DNA of 64,000 nucleotides from Pyrinomonadaceae bacterium. Lineage in GTDB: Bacteria > Acidobacteriota > Blastocatellia > Pyrinomonadales > Pyrinomonadaceae. The number at the start of each line of letters is the position of its first letter. Position 1 is the stretch's first letter. Positions 50,109 to 59,557 of this stretch are shown in pieces. The notes below the pieces were generated by a model. The model saw nothing but the letters and a program-made list of their open reading frames with translations, was not told the origin of the DNA and made no database searches. The DNA lies in the NCBI GenBank assembly GCA_045807785.1, contig JBJMGS010000012.1, positions 1,039 to 65,038 of the forward strand. The letters are read 5' to 3'. Made by a program: the position numbers and the translations under genes.

Positions 50109-51530
50109 ATGCCCGAAACGACGGTTCTCAGCTTCGCCGAGATGGCGCTTCGGCGCCAAGGTTCAGCCGCCCGGCGACTTGTCCAGCTCGCTTTAAGCCT
50201 CGCTCTGCTCCTCTTCTTCCGCCGCATCGAGACCGACGGCGCGGGGCGCGTGCCGCGCGACGAGCCGCTGATTTTCGTCCTCAACCACCCGAACGGATTG
50301 ATCGACCCGGCGCTCGTCTTCTGCGCGCTCCCACGCCGCATCTCCTTCCTCGCCAAGTCAACGCTCTTCCGCATGCCCGTCATCCGCGGGCTGCTTCGCG
50401 TCGTCGAAGCCCTGCCCGTCTATCGCCGCGTGGACGAGCCCGAAGGCGCTGCATCGAACCGCGAGACTTTCGCGCTCTGCCGCGAGCTGCTGCGGCGCAA
50501 CCGCTGCATCGCCATCTTCCCCGAAGGCAGGTCGCACGACTCGACGCGCCTGCTGCCCGTCAAGACCGGCGCGGCACGCATCGCCCTCGGCGCGCTCTCC
50601 TGGGGAGAGAACGCCGCAGACGCGCCCCCCTTGCGCTCGCTCAAGATCATGCCCGTCGGGCTCTACTACACTTCCAAGACGACGTTTCGCAGCGAAGTGC
50701 TGATGCGCTTCGGCTCTCCCATCGAAGTGCTGCCTGCGAGTGCGGACGCTGACGGCGAGCCTTCGCACGAAGCCGTCCGCGAGCTGTCGGCGCGGATCGA
50801 GACGGCGCTGCATGAGGTGACGCTCAATGTCGCCGACGACGAGGAGTTGGAGACCGTGGCGCGCGCCGAACAGCTCTTCTCTTCGATCTACGAGACGCTC
50901 AATTTCCGCGTCTCGCTCTCCGCCGAGTTTGACCTGCGCCGCCGCTTCGCCGAGACGCTAGCGCGCGAGCCCGCCCGACTGTCTCCGCGCGTCGAAACCT
51001 TGCGCGCACGCCTGCTGAAATACGAGGAGGATTTGAGCGCCGTCGGCATCGCCCCCGAAAACCTCTCTGTGCTCGCACACACGCGCTGGTTCGTCGTGCG
51101 TCGCTTCCTGCTGCGCTGGCTCGCCGTCGGGCTCGTCTCGCCGCTCGCCGTCACGGGAGCGCTCCTGCACCTGCCAGCCTATCTGGCGAGCACCGTCGCG
51201 TCGCTTCTCTACCGGCGGCACGGCGTGGACGAGATCGCTGCGACAGTCAAAATCCTCGCGGCCATTGTGCTCGTCCCCGCGACGTGGCTCGTCGTCATGC
51301 TCGCGGTCTATCTCATCGCGGGCTGGCGTTGGTCGCTCGCTTCGCTGCCGCTCTCGATCCTGTGCGGCTACGTCGCCCTGCGTTCGCTCGAAACGCTCTA
51401 CGATCTGCGCGGCTGGTTCAGAGCCGCGTGGCTCCTCGCGCGCGACCGCCGGCACTTCCTCCGGCTGCTCCGCGAACGCCGCTCCCTCCTGCGCGACATG
51501 CGCGCCCTCGCTCGCGACACTTCCACCTGA
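50109..51530 (+). CDS. Lysophospholipid (1-acyl-sn-glycerol-3-phosphate-type) acyltransferase with C-terminal TM region
   Basis: HX4D motif (NHPNGLID), FPEGRSHD block, C-terminal hydrophobic helices. Start MPETTVLSF at 50109. Confidence 0.75.
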   Translation: MPETTVLSFAEMALRRQGSAARRLVQLALSLALLLFFRRIETDGAGRVPRDEPLIFVLNHPNGLIDPALVFCALPRRISFLAKSTLFRMPVIRGLLRVVEALPVYRRVDEPEGAASNRETFALCRELLRRNRCIAIFPEGRSHDSTRLLPVKTGAARIALGALSWGENAADAPPLRSLKIMPVGLYYTSKTTFRSEVLMRFGSPIEVLPASADADGEPSHEAVRELSARIETALHEVTLNVADDEELETVARAEQLFSSIYETLNFRVSLSAEFDLRRRFAETLAREPARLSPRVETLRARLLKYEEDLSAVGIAPENLSVLAHTRWFVVRRFLLRWLAVGLVSPLAVTGALLHLPAYLASTVASLLYRRHGVDEIAATVKILAAIVLVPATWLVVMLAVYLIAGWRWSLASLPLSILCGYVALRSLETLYDLRGWFRAAWLLARDRRHFLRLLRERRSLLRDMRALARDTST

Positions 51531-51578
51531 TCCGGCGAGTATCAAACAAGCCCGGCAGTCTTCACCCAAAATGAAGAA

Positions 51579-51598
51579 GCCGACCACTGAGGGTCGGC
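51579..51598. terminator. Possible bidirectional terminator hairpin between convergent genes
   Basis: GCCGACC actgag GGTCGGC, a 7-bp stem between the acyltransferase (+) and the DsbA-like gene (-). The flanking A/T runs are weak. Confidence 0.4.
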
Positions 51599-51630
51599 AT
51601 CTCCCAAGTCGGAATGTTCTAAAACCTTCG

Positions 51631-53196
51631 TCAGCCCCTGCCTTTCTCCTTGAGTGCGACATCAATGGCGCTCTTGAGCGCCTCGTAGCTGCGCTCCTGC
51701 AACGGGCGACCGTTGACGAAGAGCGTGGGCGTGGCGCTGACGCCGAGCCGCGTGCCGTCAACCGAATCGATCTGCACCTTGTCGGCGAGCTGACCCGAAT
51801 CGAGCAGCGCGTCAAACTTCTGCCGGTCGAGCCCGACTTGCGTGGCGTACTCCTTGAGCTTCGTCACCTCGAGTGCCTTCTGGTTGGCGAAGAGCAGGTG
51901 CGTGTACTCCCAATACTTTCCTTGCGCGCGCGCCGCTTCCGCCGCCTCCGCCGCCTTGAAGGCGTTCTCGTGTTGGGTGAGCGGGAAGTCTCGCACGACA
52001 AGGCGCACACTCGCCGAGTACTCCGTCATGATTCGCTCGATGACGGGCTCCATCGCCGCGCAGCTCGGACATTGAAAGTCTGTGAACTCGACGACGGTGA
52101 CCGGCGCGTTCGCCGCGCCGCGCGACGGCTGATCGTCCGTGCTGATCTGATAGACGGGCAGGGGCGGCTCGTGCAGGAAGGTCTGCACCGCCGTGCCGCG
52201 CCGGAGCTGTTCGGCGAAGGCTGACGAGACGTTCTCCTGCTGCTGCCCTTCAAGGTATTGGACGATCTGCGCTTTCGTCTGCGCGAAGTCGCCGTTGATG
52301 CGCGCCTTGTTCTGATCGTAGAAGGCGCGGGCATCAGTCTCCGTCACCGGCTTCAGCTTGGCATTAATCTCGGCGTCGAGCACAGCCCTTTCGGTCGTCT
52401 GCCGCTTCTTCGCCTCCTGTTCGAGCAGCATGTCGTTGATGCGCTGATCGAGCGCAGTCTTGCGCAAGGTATAAACCTGCTGCTGCGTGCTCGCGACGAG
52501 CGGCTTAAGCGAGTCCTCGATCATCGCCGAAGTGACGGGCGTGCCGTTGACCGTGGCGAAGACGCGCGCGCGATCCGCAGGGGTCGCGGGCGGCGTCGCT
52601 TCCGTCACGTTCATCTTGACGGCGGCGGCCGCGCGGAGTTGCTCGGCAAGCTGCTTCGCCCGCTCGCCCTGCCGCTGATCGCGCAGGTACTGGGCGATCT
52701 GCGCCTGGATGTCGGCGCTCCACTCGGCGTTGATCCGCGCCTTGTTCTGATCGTAGAAGGCGCGCGCCTCGGCCTCGGTCGGCTCCGGCGTCTTTTTGAT
52801 GATCTCTTCGTCGATCAGCCGAGTGCTCGCCACGCCGCGCTTCTTCGCCTCCGCGACGAGCAACATGCTGTTGATCTGCAAGTTCAACTCACGCTTGCGC
52901 GCGTCCGTGACGTTTTGTTGGAGCTGCTGAATCTTCTCCCGGATGGGATCATCAATCTCCTTCGTCATCACGCGCACGCCGTTGACGACGGCCAGCACGT
53001 CGGGCGGGGTCTCCACCTCGCAGCCGCAGTCGTCCACCTTCGGCGCGGTCGCGGGCTGAGTCAGCGGCGGAGTCGCCGCGGGTCTCGTGGGCGTCGCGGC
53101 GGGGCGCGCGGTCGTCGGTTGTGTGCGTTGCGCGCTCGCAACCTGCGACGCGCAGACGAAGAGGGCACAGAGATTGATCAGAGCAAACTTACGCAT
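51631..53196 (-). CDS. Secreted SurA-N-like chaperone repeats fused to a DsbA-family thioredoxin domain
   Basis: Start MRKFALINLCALFVCASQVASA at 53196 with GGAGGA upstream. Two similar ~140-residue helical segments (VNG..VT...I......AFYDQNKARIN). C-terminal VVEFTDFQCPSCAAMEP...GVSATPTLFVNG. Confidence 0.75.
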   Translation of the reverse strand: MRKFALINLCALFVCASQVASAQRTQPTTARPAATPTRPAATPPLTQPATAPKVDDCGCEVETPPDVLAVVNGVRVMTKEIDDPIREKIQQLQQNVTDARKRELNLQINSMLLVAEAKKRGVASTRLIDEEIIKKTPEPTEAEARAFYDQNKARINAEWSADIQAQIAQYLRDQRQGERAKQLAEQLRAAAAVKMNVTEATPPATPADRARVFATVNGTPVTSAMIEDSLKPLVASTQQQVYTLRKTALDQRINDMLLEQEAKKRQTTERAVLDAEINAKLKPVTETDARAFYDQNKARINGDFAQTKAQIVQYLEGQQQENVSSAFAEQLRRGTAVQTFLHEPPLPVYQISTDDQPSRGAANAPVTVVEFTDFQCPSCAAMEPVIERIMTEYSASVRLVVRDFPLTQHENAFKAAEAAEAARAQGKYWEYTHLLFANQKALEVTKLKEYATQVGLDRQKFDALLDSGQLADKVQIDSVDGTRLGVSATPTLFVNGRPLQERSYEALKSAIDVALKEKGRG

Positions 53197-53440
53197 TATT
53201 CCTCCAGAAGAAATACTATCGGCCAGAGAGAGACTCGACATTGTAGCAAGCGCCTCCGGCTTTGCCACGCCGCGACGCCGCCGCAATTCGCGCTCAAGCT
53301 ATGAGTCAGAGGCGACGAACGAGGTTGCTCGCATGGAACATTTTAGAGCACGCATTGTCTAAGACTCCGAACGCACCGAACGGCGACGGTGACTCATGGG
53401 ATTTGCGCGACGTCAGAACTTCAGCATGACAGGAGCAGAC

Positions 53441-53941
53441 ATGAAAACCCACACGGCTAACTCTCATCTGCGGGCGACGCCCAGCATCAACGTCACACCG
53501 CTCATCGACGTGCTGCTCGTCCTGCTGATCATCTTCATGGTCATTGCGCCGCTCAAAGCCGCGCGCTTCAAGGCGCTCGTGCCTCAAGAGCCCCAACCAG
53601 ATCGACAACACGTTGAGCTTAACCCGCTCACGCTGGTCGTCACCGTCGCACGTGATCTGCGGCTGCGGTTGAACGGCGGCGAATATCTCGGCACGGTAGA
53701 GAAGCCGGAGGGGCTGGTGGAGGAACTCAACCGGGTGATCCATGCGCGGGAGGCAGCGGGTACTTTGCGGCAAGGACTGATCGCACTCGACACGGTTCCC
53801 GCGTCGGAGCGGATCGAGAAGACAGTCTTCATTAAAGCCCCGCGCGGGATTCGCTACGGCGAGGTGGCGCGCGTCATCGATCAAATCAAAGGCGCGGGCG
53901 CTAACCCGGTCGGGCTACAGATCGACGATCTCGATCCTTGA
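53441..53941 (+). CDS. ExbD/TolR-family biopolymer transport protein
   Basis: AGGAG lies 5 nt upstream of ATG 53441. INVTPLIDVLLVLLIIFMV anchor motif. Periplasmic domain with VFIKAPRGIRYGEVARVID. Confidence 0.8.
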   Translation: MKTHTANSHLRATPSINVTPLIDVLLVLLIIFMVIAPLKAARFKALVPQEPQPDRQHVELNPLTLVVTVARDLRLRLNGGEYLGTVEKPEGLVEELNRVIHAREAAGTLRQGLIALDTVPASERIEKTVFIKAPRGIRYGEVARVIDQIKGAGANPVGLQIDDLDP

Positions 53942-53997
53942 GACTTTTTCGCCTTCAACTTTTTCGCCTGCAACTTGCCACGCTGCTGAAATCAAGC

Positions 53998-56900
53998 CTA
54001 TCTCTTCTTCACCGCGACCTGTGCCCGTTCGCCCTCATCCACGCGGGCGGGCTGAACGAGCAGAGAGTCAACGACGGGCAGGCGCGCCGCCTCAGGCATC
54101 GGGGTCGCGCTGCCGCGCACGCTGAACCAGATCGCTTGGTTGAGGACGCGCGCGTCGGCCTGATCGGCTTGATCGAGGTTCTGTTCGGCGCTGCGCTCCG
54201 CCCAGTAGCGCGCGGCTTCGTCGTGCGGCTTCGCGTTCAACAGGTTGTCGGGTGCAAGGTCGGGCAGGATCGCCTTGAAGGGTCTGAGGTCGGCGCGATC
54301 CTGAAAGATGTCGATGGGCGCGGCGGTCGCGTCGAGCTGGTTCATCGGCGCGAGCCCGAGCAGCAGCTCGATGGTGCGGATGAGGCTGACCGTCGTGTGG
54401 AACGTGTGGACGAGCGCGCCGGGTCGGTTGTAGGCGCTAATGACGAGCGCGGGCGCGCGGTGCGCGTCCACGTGATCAGGGCCGTCCTGCGCGTCGTCCT
54501 CGACGACGAGGATCGCCGTGTCGCGCCAGTAGGGGCTCGTCGAGATCGCCTCGACGAGCAGACCGAGCGCATAGTCGTTGTCGGCGACGTAGAACTGAGG
54601 CGTCGGGAAATCCACCGTCATAGCTTCCGTGTGATCCGCCGGCAGGCGCACGATAGACAGGTTCGGCAGACGGTCGCCGCGACCCGCGCGCAAATCTTCG
54701 ACGTAGCCGCGAAACTCCGTCAGCCACTCGCCCGCGCGCGACGTGCCGCGGAAACGCGCGTCGGCGTTCCACTGGCTGACGAGTGCGTCGCCGCCCGCCT
54801 CCTTCGCGGCGCGGTACGAGTCCGTGGTCATCGCGTCGGGCGACACCGTGTCGAAGTTGCGGAACGTCGTGCTGTGATGGCCTTCGAGTGAGCGCTTCGT
54901 CGGTACGGCGAAGGCGTTGGGCGAAGTGTCTGGATAAGTGCGCCGCCGGTTGGCGTTGACGGCGCGGACGAACGCTTCGGACTCGGTGCCGATGAACTCG
55001 CCGTAGTTGCGGTAGCTGAGCCCGGCGCGCGCGGCGGCGTCCCACAGGTAGAGCGACGCGGGCTCGGCAACGTCGCGCCCGCCGTTGAGATAGGGAACGA
55101 AGCGGCGGACGAAGTTGGCGATGTCTTCGGAGCTGACGGGCGTCGGCAAGACGGGCGCGGTCTTCGAGTCTCTGTCGGGGCGCAAGTCCGGCAGACCGTT
55201 GAAGCCCTCGAAGTCGTAGGGGCGACCTCGCGACGAATAGTTCCAGCGGAAGGCTTTATCCGTGTAGTCGGTCGAGATGGCGGCGGTTGACCAGTTGTGA
55301 CCGTCGGCGCTCGCCTCGGCGTTGACGAAGAAGCGGTCGAGCAAGCCGAAGCGCAGCGCCAGCGCGCGCTGGTTCGGCGTGACGTTCTGTGGTTGGTTGC
55401 GCGGGCTGCGCGCGGCAACACTCGCGCCGAAGATGGCGAGCGTCGGATCGCCGTCGGCGCGGTTGCCGTCGCCCGCGCGCGCGAGATCACCGAAGAGCTG
55501 ATCGTAGGTGCGGTTCTCTTTGATGACGTAAACGACGTGGCGGATCGGCGAGCGCGGCGCGCGGAAAAGACGCGTGCGCGGCGCGTCGAGCAGGCTGTCA
55601 TTGCGCATCACCTGCCGCGTGTAGGCGGCGAGCGACGGCGCGTCGGGCACGCGGATCGCGCTGAAGTTGCCGGCGACGACGGCGACGCTGTACTCGCCGC
55701 CCGACTTCATCGCACGTCCTGTGCCCACCGGGAACCGGTCGTTCGGCGTGTTCGGCTCGCGACCGGAATTGTTGACGACGACGGAAGAGTTTTCAAAGCC
55801 CATGCCCTTCCCGTTGCCGACGAAGACGGTCGAGCCGACGACTGCGACCGCCGAAGGGTACTGCCCCGTCGGAATAAAGCCGCGCACGCGACTGCGCCCC
55901 ACATCACTATCCGCCGCGCCGTGCTCTGCGTCGCGCGGCGCGGCCGTCTGTCGTGCAAGCCGCCTCGCCGTGCCACGCGAGTTTGACGAAAGCGCGACGA
56001 CCGCGACGGCGTTGCTATGCGCGTCGGCGACGTAGAGCGTCGCGCCATCTTCGGAGAGGGCAAGGCTTTCGGGCGTGTGGCCGCTCAATGAAGTCTCGGA
56101 AAGGCGGACGTTGATGCGCTCGACCTCGACCTCGCGCGCGGTGTCGATGACCGAGACGCTGTCGTCGTCCGAGTTCGCGACGTAGAGCCGCGTGCGCTCA
56201 CGGTTCAGGATCATCGCGGTCGGGTGTCCGCCGACGGTGATGTGTCGGGCGAGCTTGTGCTCTCTCTCTCGCACGACGGCGACCGACGAGTTATTCCAAC
56301 ACGAGACGAAGATTTTTCGCGCGGCTCCATTTACGTCCGGCGGCGCGGCGTAGGCGACGCCGTAAGGATAGAGTTCGGTTCCACCGTCGTCGCGCAGATC
56401 GACGCGCGAGATTTGCGGCTTCACCGCGCTCAGGTCTGAGACGACGGCGAGGCTGTCGTCGAGGTTGTTGGCGACGAAGAGCGTGTCGCCGTCGTCGCTG
56501 ATGGCGAGCCCGGTCGGATAGACGCTAGCGCGCCCGTCATTTTCGCGCGGCGTCGGCTTAGACTGCGCGAGCGGGGCGAGATCGATGAAAGGGGCTTTGA
56601 CCTTCGTGTCGGGGCCGGGTGAGGCGGGCGAGACGGGCTCGCGCGCGCCGGGCGTCAAGCGGAAGACCCAGACTTTATTCTCGACGCCGCCCGCGACGTA
56701 CATTCTGAACGCTCCATCGGCGTCCGGCTGCGGCGCGAAGACCAGGCCGACGTTCGCGCTCTGTGGCGTCGGGAAGTAAACATTCTGCACGACGGCGGGC
56801 GCAGGTGCAGGCTCCGTATCGATGACGGAGAGCGACTGCTGCGCTTTGTTCGTCGCGGCGCTGAACTGCAGGCCGTAGCCGCTGTTGACGGCGACGAGGT

Positions 56901-57168
56901 AGCGTCCGCGCCCGTTCGCGCCGCCGCGCTCCGGGCTGCGCACGAAGTCCACGGGCAGCGCGCCGACCGCGGGCTGACGCGTCGTCAAGTCCATGACGAG
57001 TTCGCCCGCGGGCGTAATGGGGCGTCCCTCCGACGCCGGGCTGTTTGACACGCGCACGTCCGCCGAAGAGATCGAGAGCCCGGAAACGAGCGCGAGGCAG
57101 ACGACGACCGATGCGAGCGCGAAGACGTAACCGCGCGCCACATTCATCTGCCGAGACAAGTGCCTCAT
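53998..57168 (-). CDS. Beta-propeller (YVTN/YncE-like) fused to a phosphoesterase (PLC/AcpA-type) domain
   Basis: N-terminal signal/anchor. Repeated propeller blades (LYVANSDDDSVSVID, LYVADAHSNAVAVV). Phosphoesterase motifs IRHVVYVIKENRTYDQLFGDL and VVEDDAQDGPDHVDAHR. The start forms an ATGA overlap with the glgB stop. Confidence 0.8.
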   Translation of the reverse strand: MRHLSRQMNVARGYVFALASVVVCLALVSGLSISSADVRVSNSPASEGRPITPAGELVMDLTTRQPAVGALPVDFVRSPERGGANGRGRYLVAVNSGYGLQFSAATNKAQQSLSVIDTEPAPAPAVVQNVYFPTPQSANVGLVFAPQPDADGAFRMYVAGGVENKVWVFRLTPGAREPVSPASPGPDTKVKAPFIDLAPLAQSKPTPRENDGRASVYPTGLAISDDGDTLFVANNLDDSLAVVSDLSAVKPQISRVDLRDDGGTELYPYGVAYAAPPDVNGAARKIFVSCWNNSSVAVVREREHKLARHITVGGHPTAMILNRERTRLYVANSDDDSVSVIDTAREVEVERINVRLSETSLSGHTPESLALSEDGATLYVADAHSNAVAVVALSSNSRGTARRLARQTAAPRDAEHGAADSDVGRSRVRGFIPTGQYPSAVAVVGSTVFVGNGKGMGFENSSVVVNNSGREPNTPNDRFPVGTGRAMKSGGEYSVAVVAGNFSAIRVPDAPSLAAYTRQVMRNDSLLDAPRTRLFRAPRSPIRHVVYVIKENRTYDQLFGDLARAGDGNRADGDPTLAIFGASVAARSPRNQPQNVTPNQRALALRFGLLDRFFVNAEASADGHNWSTAAISTDYTDKAFRWNYSSRGRPYDFEGFNGLPDLRPDRDSKTAPVLPTPVSSEDIANFVRRFVPYLNGGRDVAEPASLYLWDAAARAGLSYRNYGEFIGTESEAFVRAVNANRRRTYPDTSPNAFAVPTKRSLEGHHSTTFRNFDTVSPDAMTTDSYRAAKEAGGDALVSQWNADARFRGTSRAGEWLTEFRGYVEDLRAGRGDRLPNLSIVRLPADHTEAMTVDFPTPQFYVADNDYALGLLVEAISTSPYWRDTAILVVEDDAQDGPDHVDAHRAPALVISAYNRPGALVHTFHTTVSLIRTIELLLGLAPMNQLDATAAPIDIFQDRADLRPFKAILPDLAPDNLLNAKPHDEAARYWAERSAEQNLDQADQADARVLNQAIWFSVRGSATPMPEAARLPVVDSLLVQPARVDEGERAQVAVKKR

Positions 57169-59537
57169 CCGCGCATCCCCTTTCGGCTTGAACGTCGGCG
57201 CGGCTTGATCGAAGCGGTGCCCGCGGCGTCCGGCGAACTCGCATCGCCTTCTGGCGAGCCTGCGTCGGGCGAAGCCGAGTTGTCATCAATCTTGTGCGAC
57301 GATGCGGCGCTTTCTACGTCCCCGTCCGACTTACTTTCGGTGCGCGGGACTTCGAGCCACACGGTCGTGAGCGGCGGCAGGGCGAGCGCCGCCGAGTAGT
57401 CGCGCCCGTGCAGCGGTTGCGCTTCGGCTTCGAGTGTTGGAAGTGCCGACGAGCCGCCGAAGGTTTCGTCGTCGGTGTTGAGCAGCACACGGTAGCCGCC
57501 CGGCGCGGGCAGGGCGAGCCGGTAGTCCCTCGCCTCGTTCGCGAAGTTGCAGACGCAGACCAGTTCCCTCTGCGCACGCGGCGCGCGGCGCAAATACGCG
57601 ATGATGCCGCCCGAAGCGTCTCCCGCGTCGATCCACTCGAACCCCGCGGGCTCCTGGTCGGCTTCCCACAGCGCGGGCTCGTCCCGGTAAATCCGGTTCA
57701 GCTCGCGAACCAGGCGGCGGACGCCCTCATGCGCGGGTTCATTCGTCAGGTGCCAGTCGAGGCTCTGCGCGTCGTTCCACTCGCGCCACTGCGCCAGCTC
57801 GCCGCCCATGAACAGCAACTGCTTGCCCGGATGCGCCCACATGTGCGCGTAGAGGGCGCGAAGGGTCGCAAACTTCTCCATGGCTGTGCGCCCGCTCATC
57901 TTGTTGAGCATCGAGCCCTTCATGTGGACGACTTCGTCGTGCGAGAAGGGGAGGATGAACTTTTCACTCCACGCGTAAACCAGTCCGAACGTCAGATCGT
58001 TTTGGTGGAAGCGTTGGTAGAGCGGGTCGCGCTCGAAGTAGCGCAGCGTGTCGTGCATCCAGCCCATGTTCCACTTGAAGTCAAAACCCAGTCCGCCCTC
58101 GCCCACCGGGTGACTCACGCGCGGGAACGCCGTTGACTCTTCCGCGATCATCAACGCGCCCGCCTGCTCGGCGTGGACTGTCACGTTCAGCTCGCGCAGC
58201 AGATCAATGGCCTCTAAATTTTCGCGACCGCCGAACCGGTTCGGGAGCCAGCGACCGTCGTCGCGGCTGTAGTCGAGATAGAGCATCGAAGCGACAGCGT
58301 CCACGCGCAGCCCGTCGAGGTGAAACTCGTCGAGCCAGAACAGGGCGTTTGCTAGGAGAAAGTTTTTCACCTCGTTGCGCCCGTAGTTGAAGATGTAGGT
58401 GCCCCAGTCTGGATGTTCGCCGCGGCGCGGGTCTTGATGTTCATAGAGCGCCGTGCCGTCGAAGCGACCGAGCGACCAGGCGTCTTTCGGGAAGTGCGCG
58501 GGAACCCAGTCCATGATGACGCCAAAATTCCGGCGGTGCAGGTAATCCACGAGATAGCGGAAGTCGTCTGGCGAGCCGAAGCGCGCGGTCGGCGCGAAGT
58601 AGTTCGCCACTTGATAGCCCCAAGAGCCGCCGTAAGGATGCCCCTTGAGCGGCAGGAACTCGACGTGCGTGAAATTCATCTCGGCGAGGTAGTCGGCGAG
58701 CGCGGGCGCGCTCTCTCGGTAAGTCAGCGAGCGGTTCTCCTCTTCGAGGACGCGCCGCCAGGAACCGAGGTGGATTTCGTAGATCGACATCGGTGAGCGC
58801 TGTTGGTCGCGCGCGGCGCGGCGTGCCATCCACTCGTCGTCGCCGAATTCATAGCTCGACGCGAAGACGATGGACGACGTGGCTGGCGGCACTTCCGCCC
58901 TTTGCGCGTAAGGGTCGGCTTTGAGGAAGGGGGGCGTGCCGCGCCGATGAATTTCGTACTTGTAGAGCGCGCCCGGCAAGACTTCCGGCACGAACAACTC
59001 CCACACGCCAGAGGTGCCGAGCCGTCGCATCGGATGCGCGCGACCGTCCCAAAAGTTGAAGCTTCCGACGACGCTCACGCCGTCCGCGTTCGGAGCCCAC
59101 ACGGCGAAGGCGACGCCGCGCACCTCGCCGAACTGTCGGACGTGCGCGCCGAGCTTTTCATAGACTTTCAGGTGCCGCCCCTCGTTGAAGAGGTGCTCGT
59201 CGAGCGAGCCGAAGGTGGGGAGAAAGACGTAAGGGTCGTGCTGCTCGAAGACGCGACCGTCCGGCTCATGAGTCCTCAGCTTGTAGGGGAAGACCTGCGT
59301 GCGATCTTCGACCAACAGCTCGAAGAGCCCGCGCGGGTGCGCGAGCGTCATCTCGCGCGTGCCTACGCCTTCGGCAAGCAGCTCGACGCGTGCCGCGCCC
59401 GGTCGCCACGCGCGCACCCACACGCCGCGCGGCGATGGATGCGCGCCGAGGATGGAGTGCGGGTCTGTATGCGTGAGCGAGAACAGCCGCTCAAGCTCGC
59501 GCGCGGAGACAAGTGTTGGCGTGATCGGCTCCATCAA
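57165..59537 (-). CDS. glgB: 1,4-alpha-glucan branching enzyme
   Basis: GH13 motifs GVIMDWVPAHF, LDGLRVDAVASMLY, MIAEESTAFP, FILPFSHDEVVH. Extra Ser/Asp/Ala-rich C-terminal tail of ~60 residues. Confidence 0.9.
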   Translation of the reverse strand: MMEPITPTLVSARELERLFSLTHTDPHSILGAHPSPRGVWVRAWRPGAARVELLAEGVGTREMTLAHPRGLFELLVEDRTQVFPYKLRTHEPDGRVFEQHDPYVFLPTFGSLDEHLFNEGRHLKVYEKLGAHVRQFGEVRGVAFAVWAPNADGVSVVGSFNFWDGRAHPMRRLGTSGVWELFVPEVLPGALYKYEIHRRGTPPFLKADPYAQRAEVPPATSSIVFASSYEFGDDEWMARRAARDQQRSPMSIYEIHLGSWRRVLEEENRSLTYRESAPALADYLAEMNFTHVEFLPLKGHPYGGSWGYQVANYFAPTARFGSPDDFRYLVDYLHRRNFGVIMDWVPAHFPKDAWSLGRFDGTALYEHQDPRRGEHPDWGTYIFNYGRNEVKNFLLANALFWLDEFHLDGLRVDAVASMLYLDYSRDDGRWLPNRFGGRENLEAIDLLRELNVTVHAEQAGALMIAEESTAFPRVSHPVGEGGLGFDFKWNMGWMHDTLRYFERDPLYQRFHQNDLTFGLVYAWSEKFILPFSHDEVVHMKGSMLNKMSGRTAMEKFATLRALYAHMWAHPGKQLLFMGGELAQWREWNDAQSLDWHLTNEPAHEGVRRLVRELNRIYRDEPALWEADQEPAGFEWIDAGDASGGIIAYLRRAPRAQRELVCVCNFANEARDYRLALPAPGGYRVLLNTDDETFGGSSALPTLEAEAQPLHGRDYSAALALPPLTTVWLEVPRTESKSDGDVESAASSHKIDDNSASPDAGSPEGDASSPDAAGTASIKPRRRSSRKGMRG

Positions 59538-59557
59538 AACTTTGACGCGGCGTCAAC

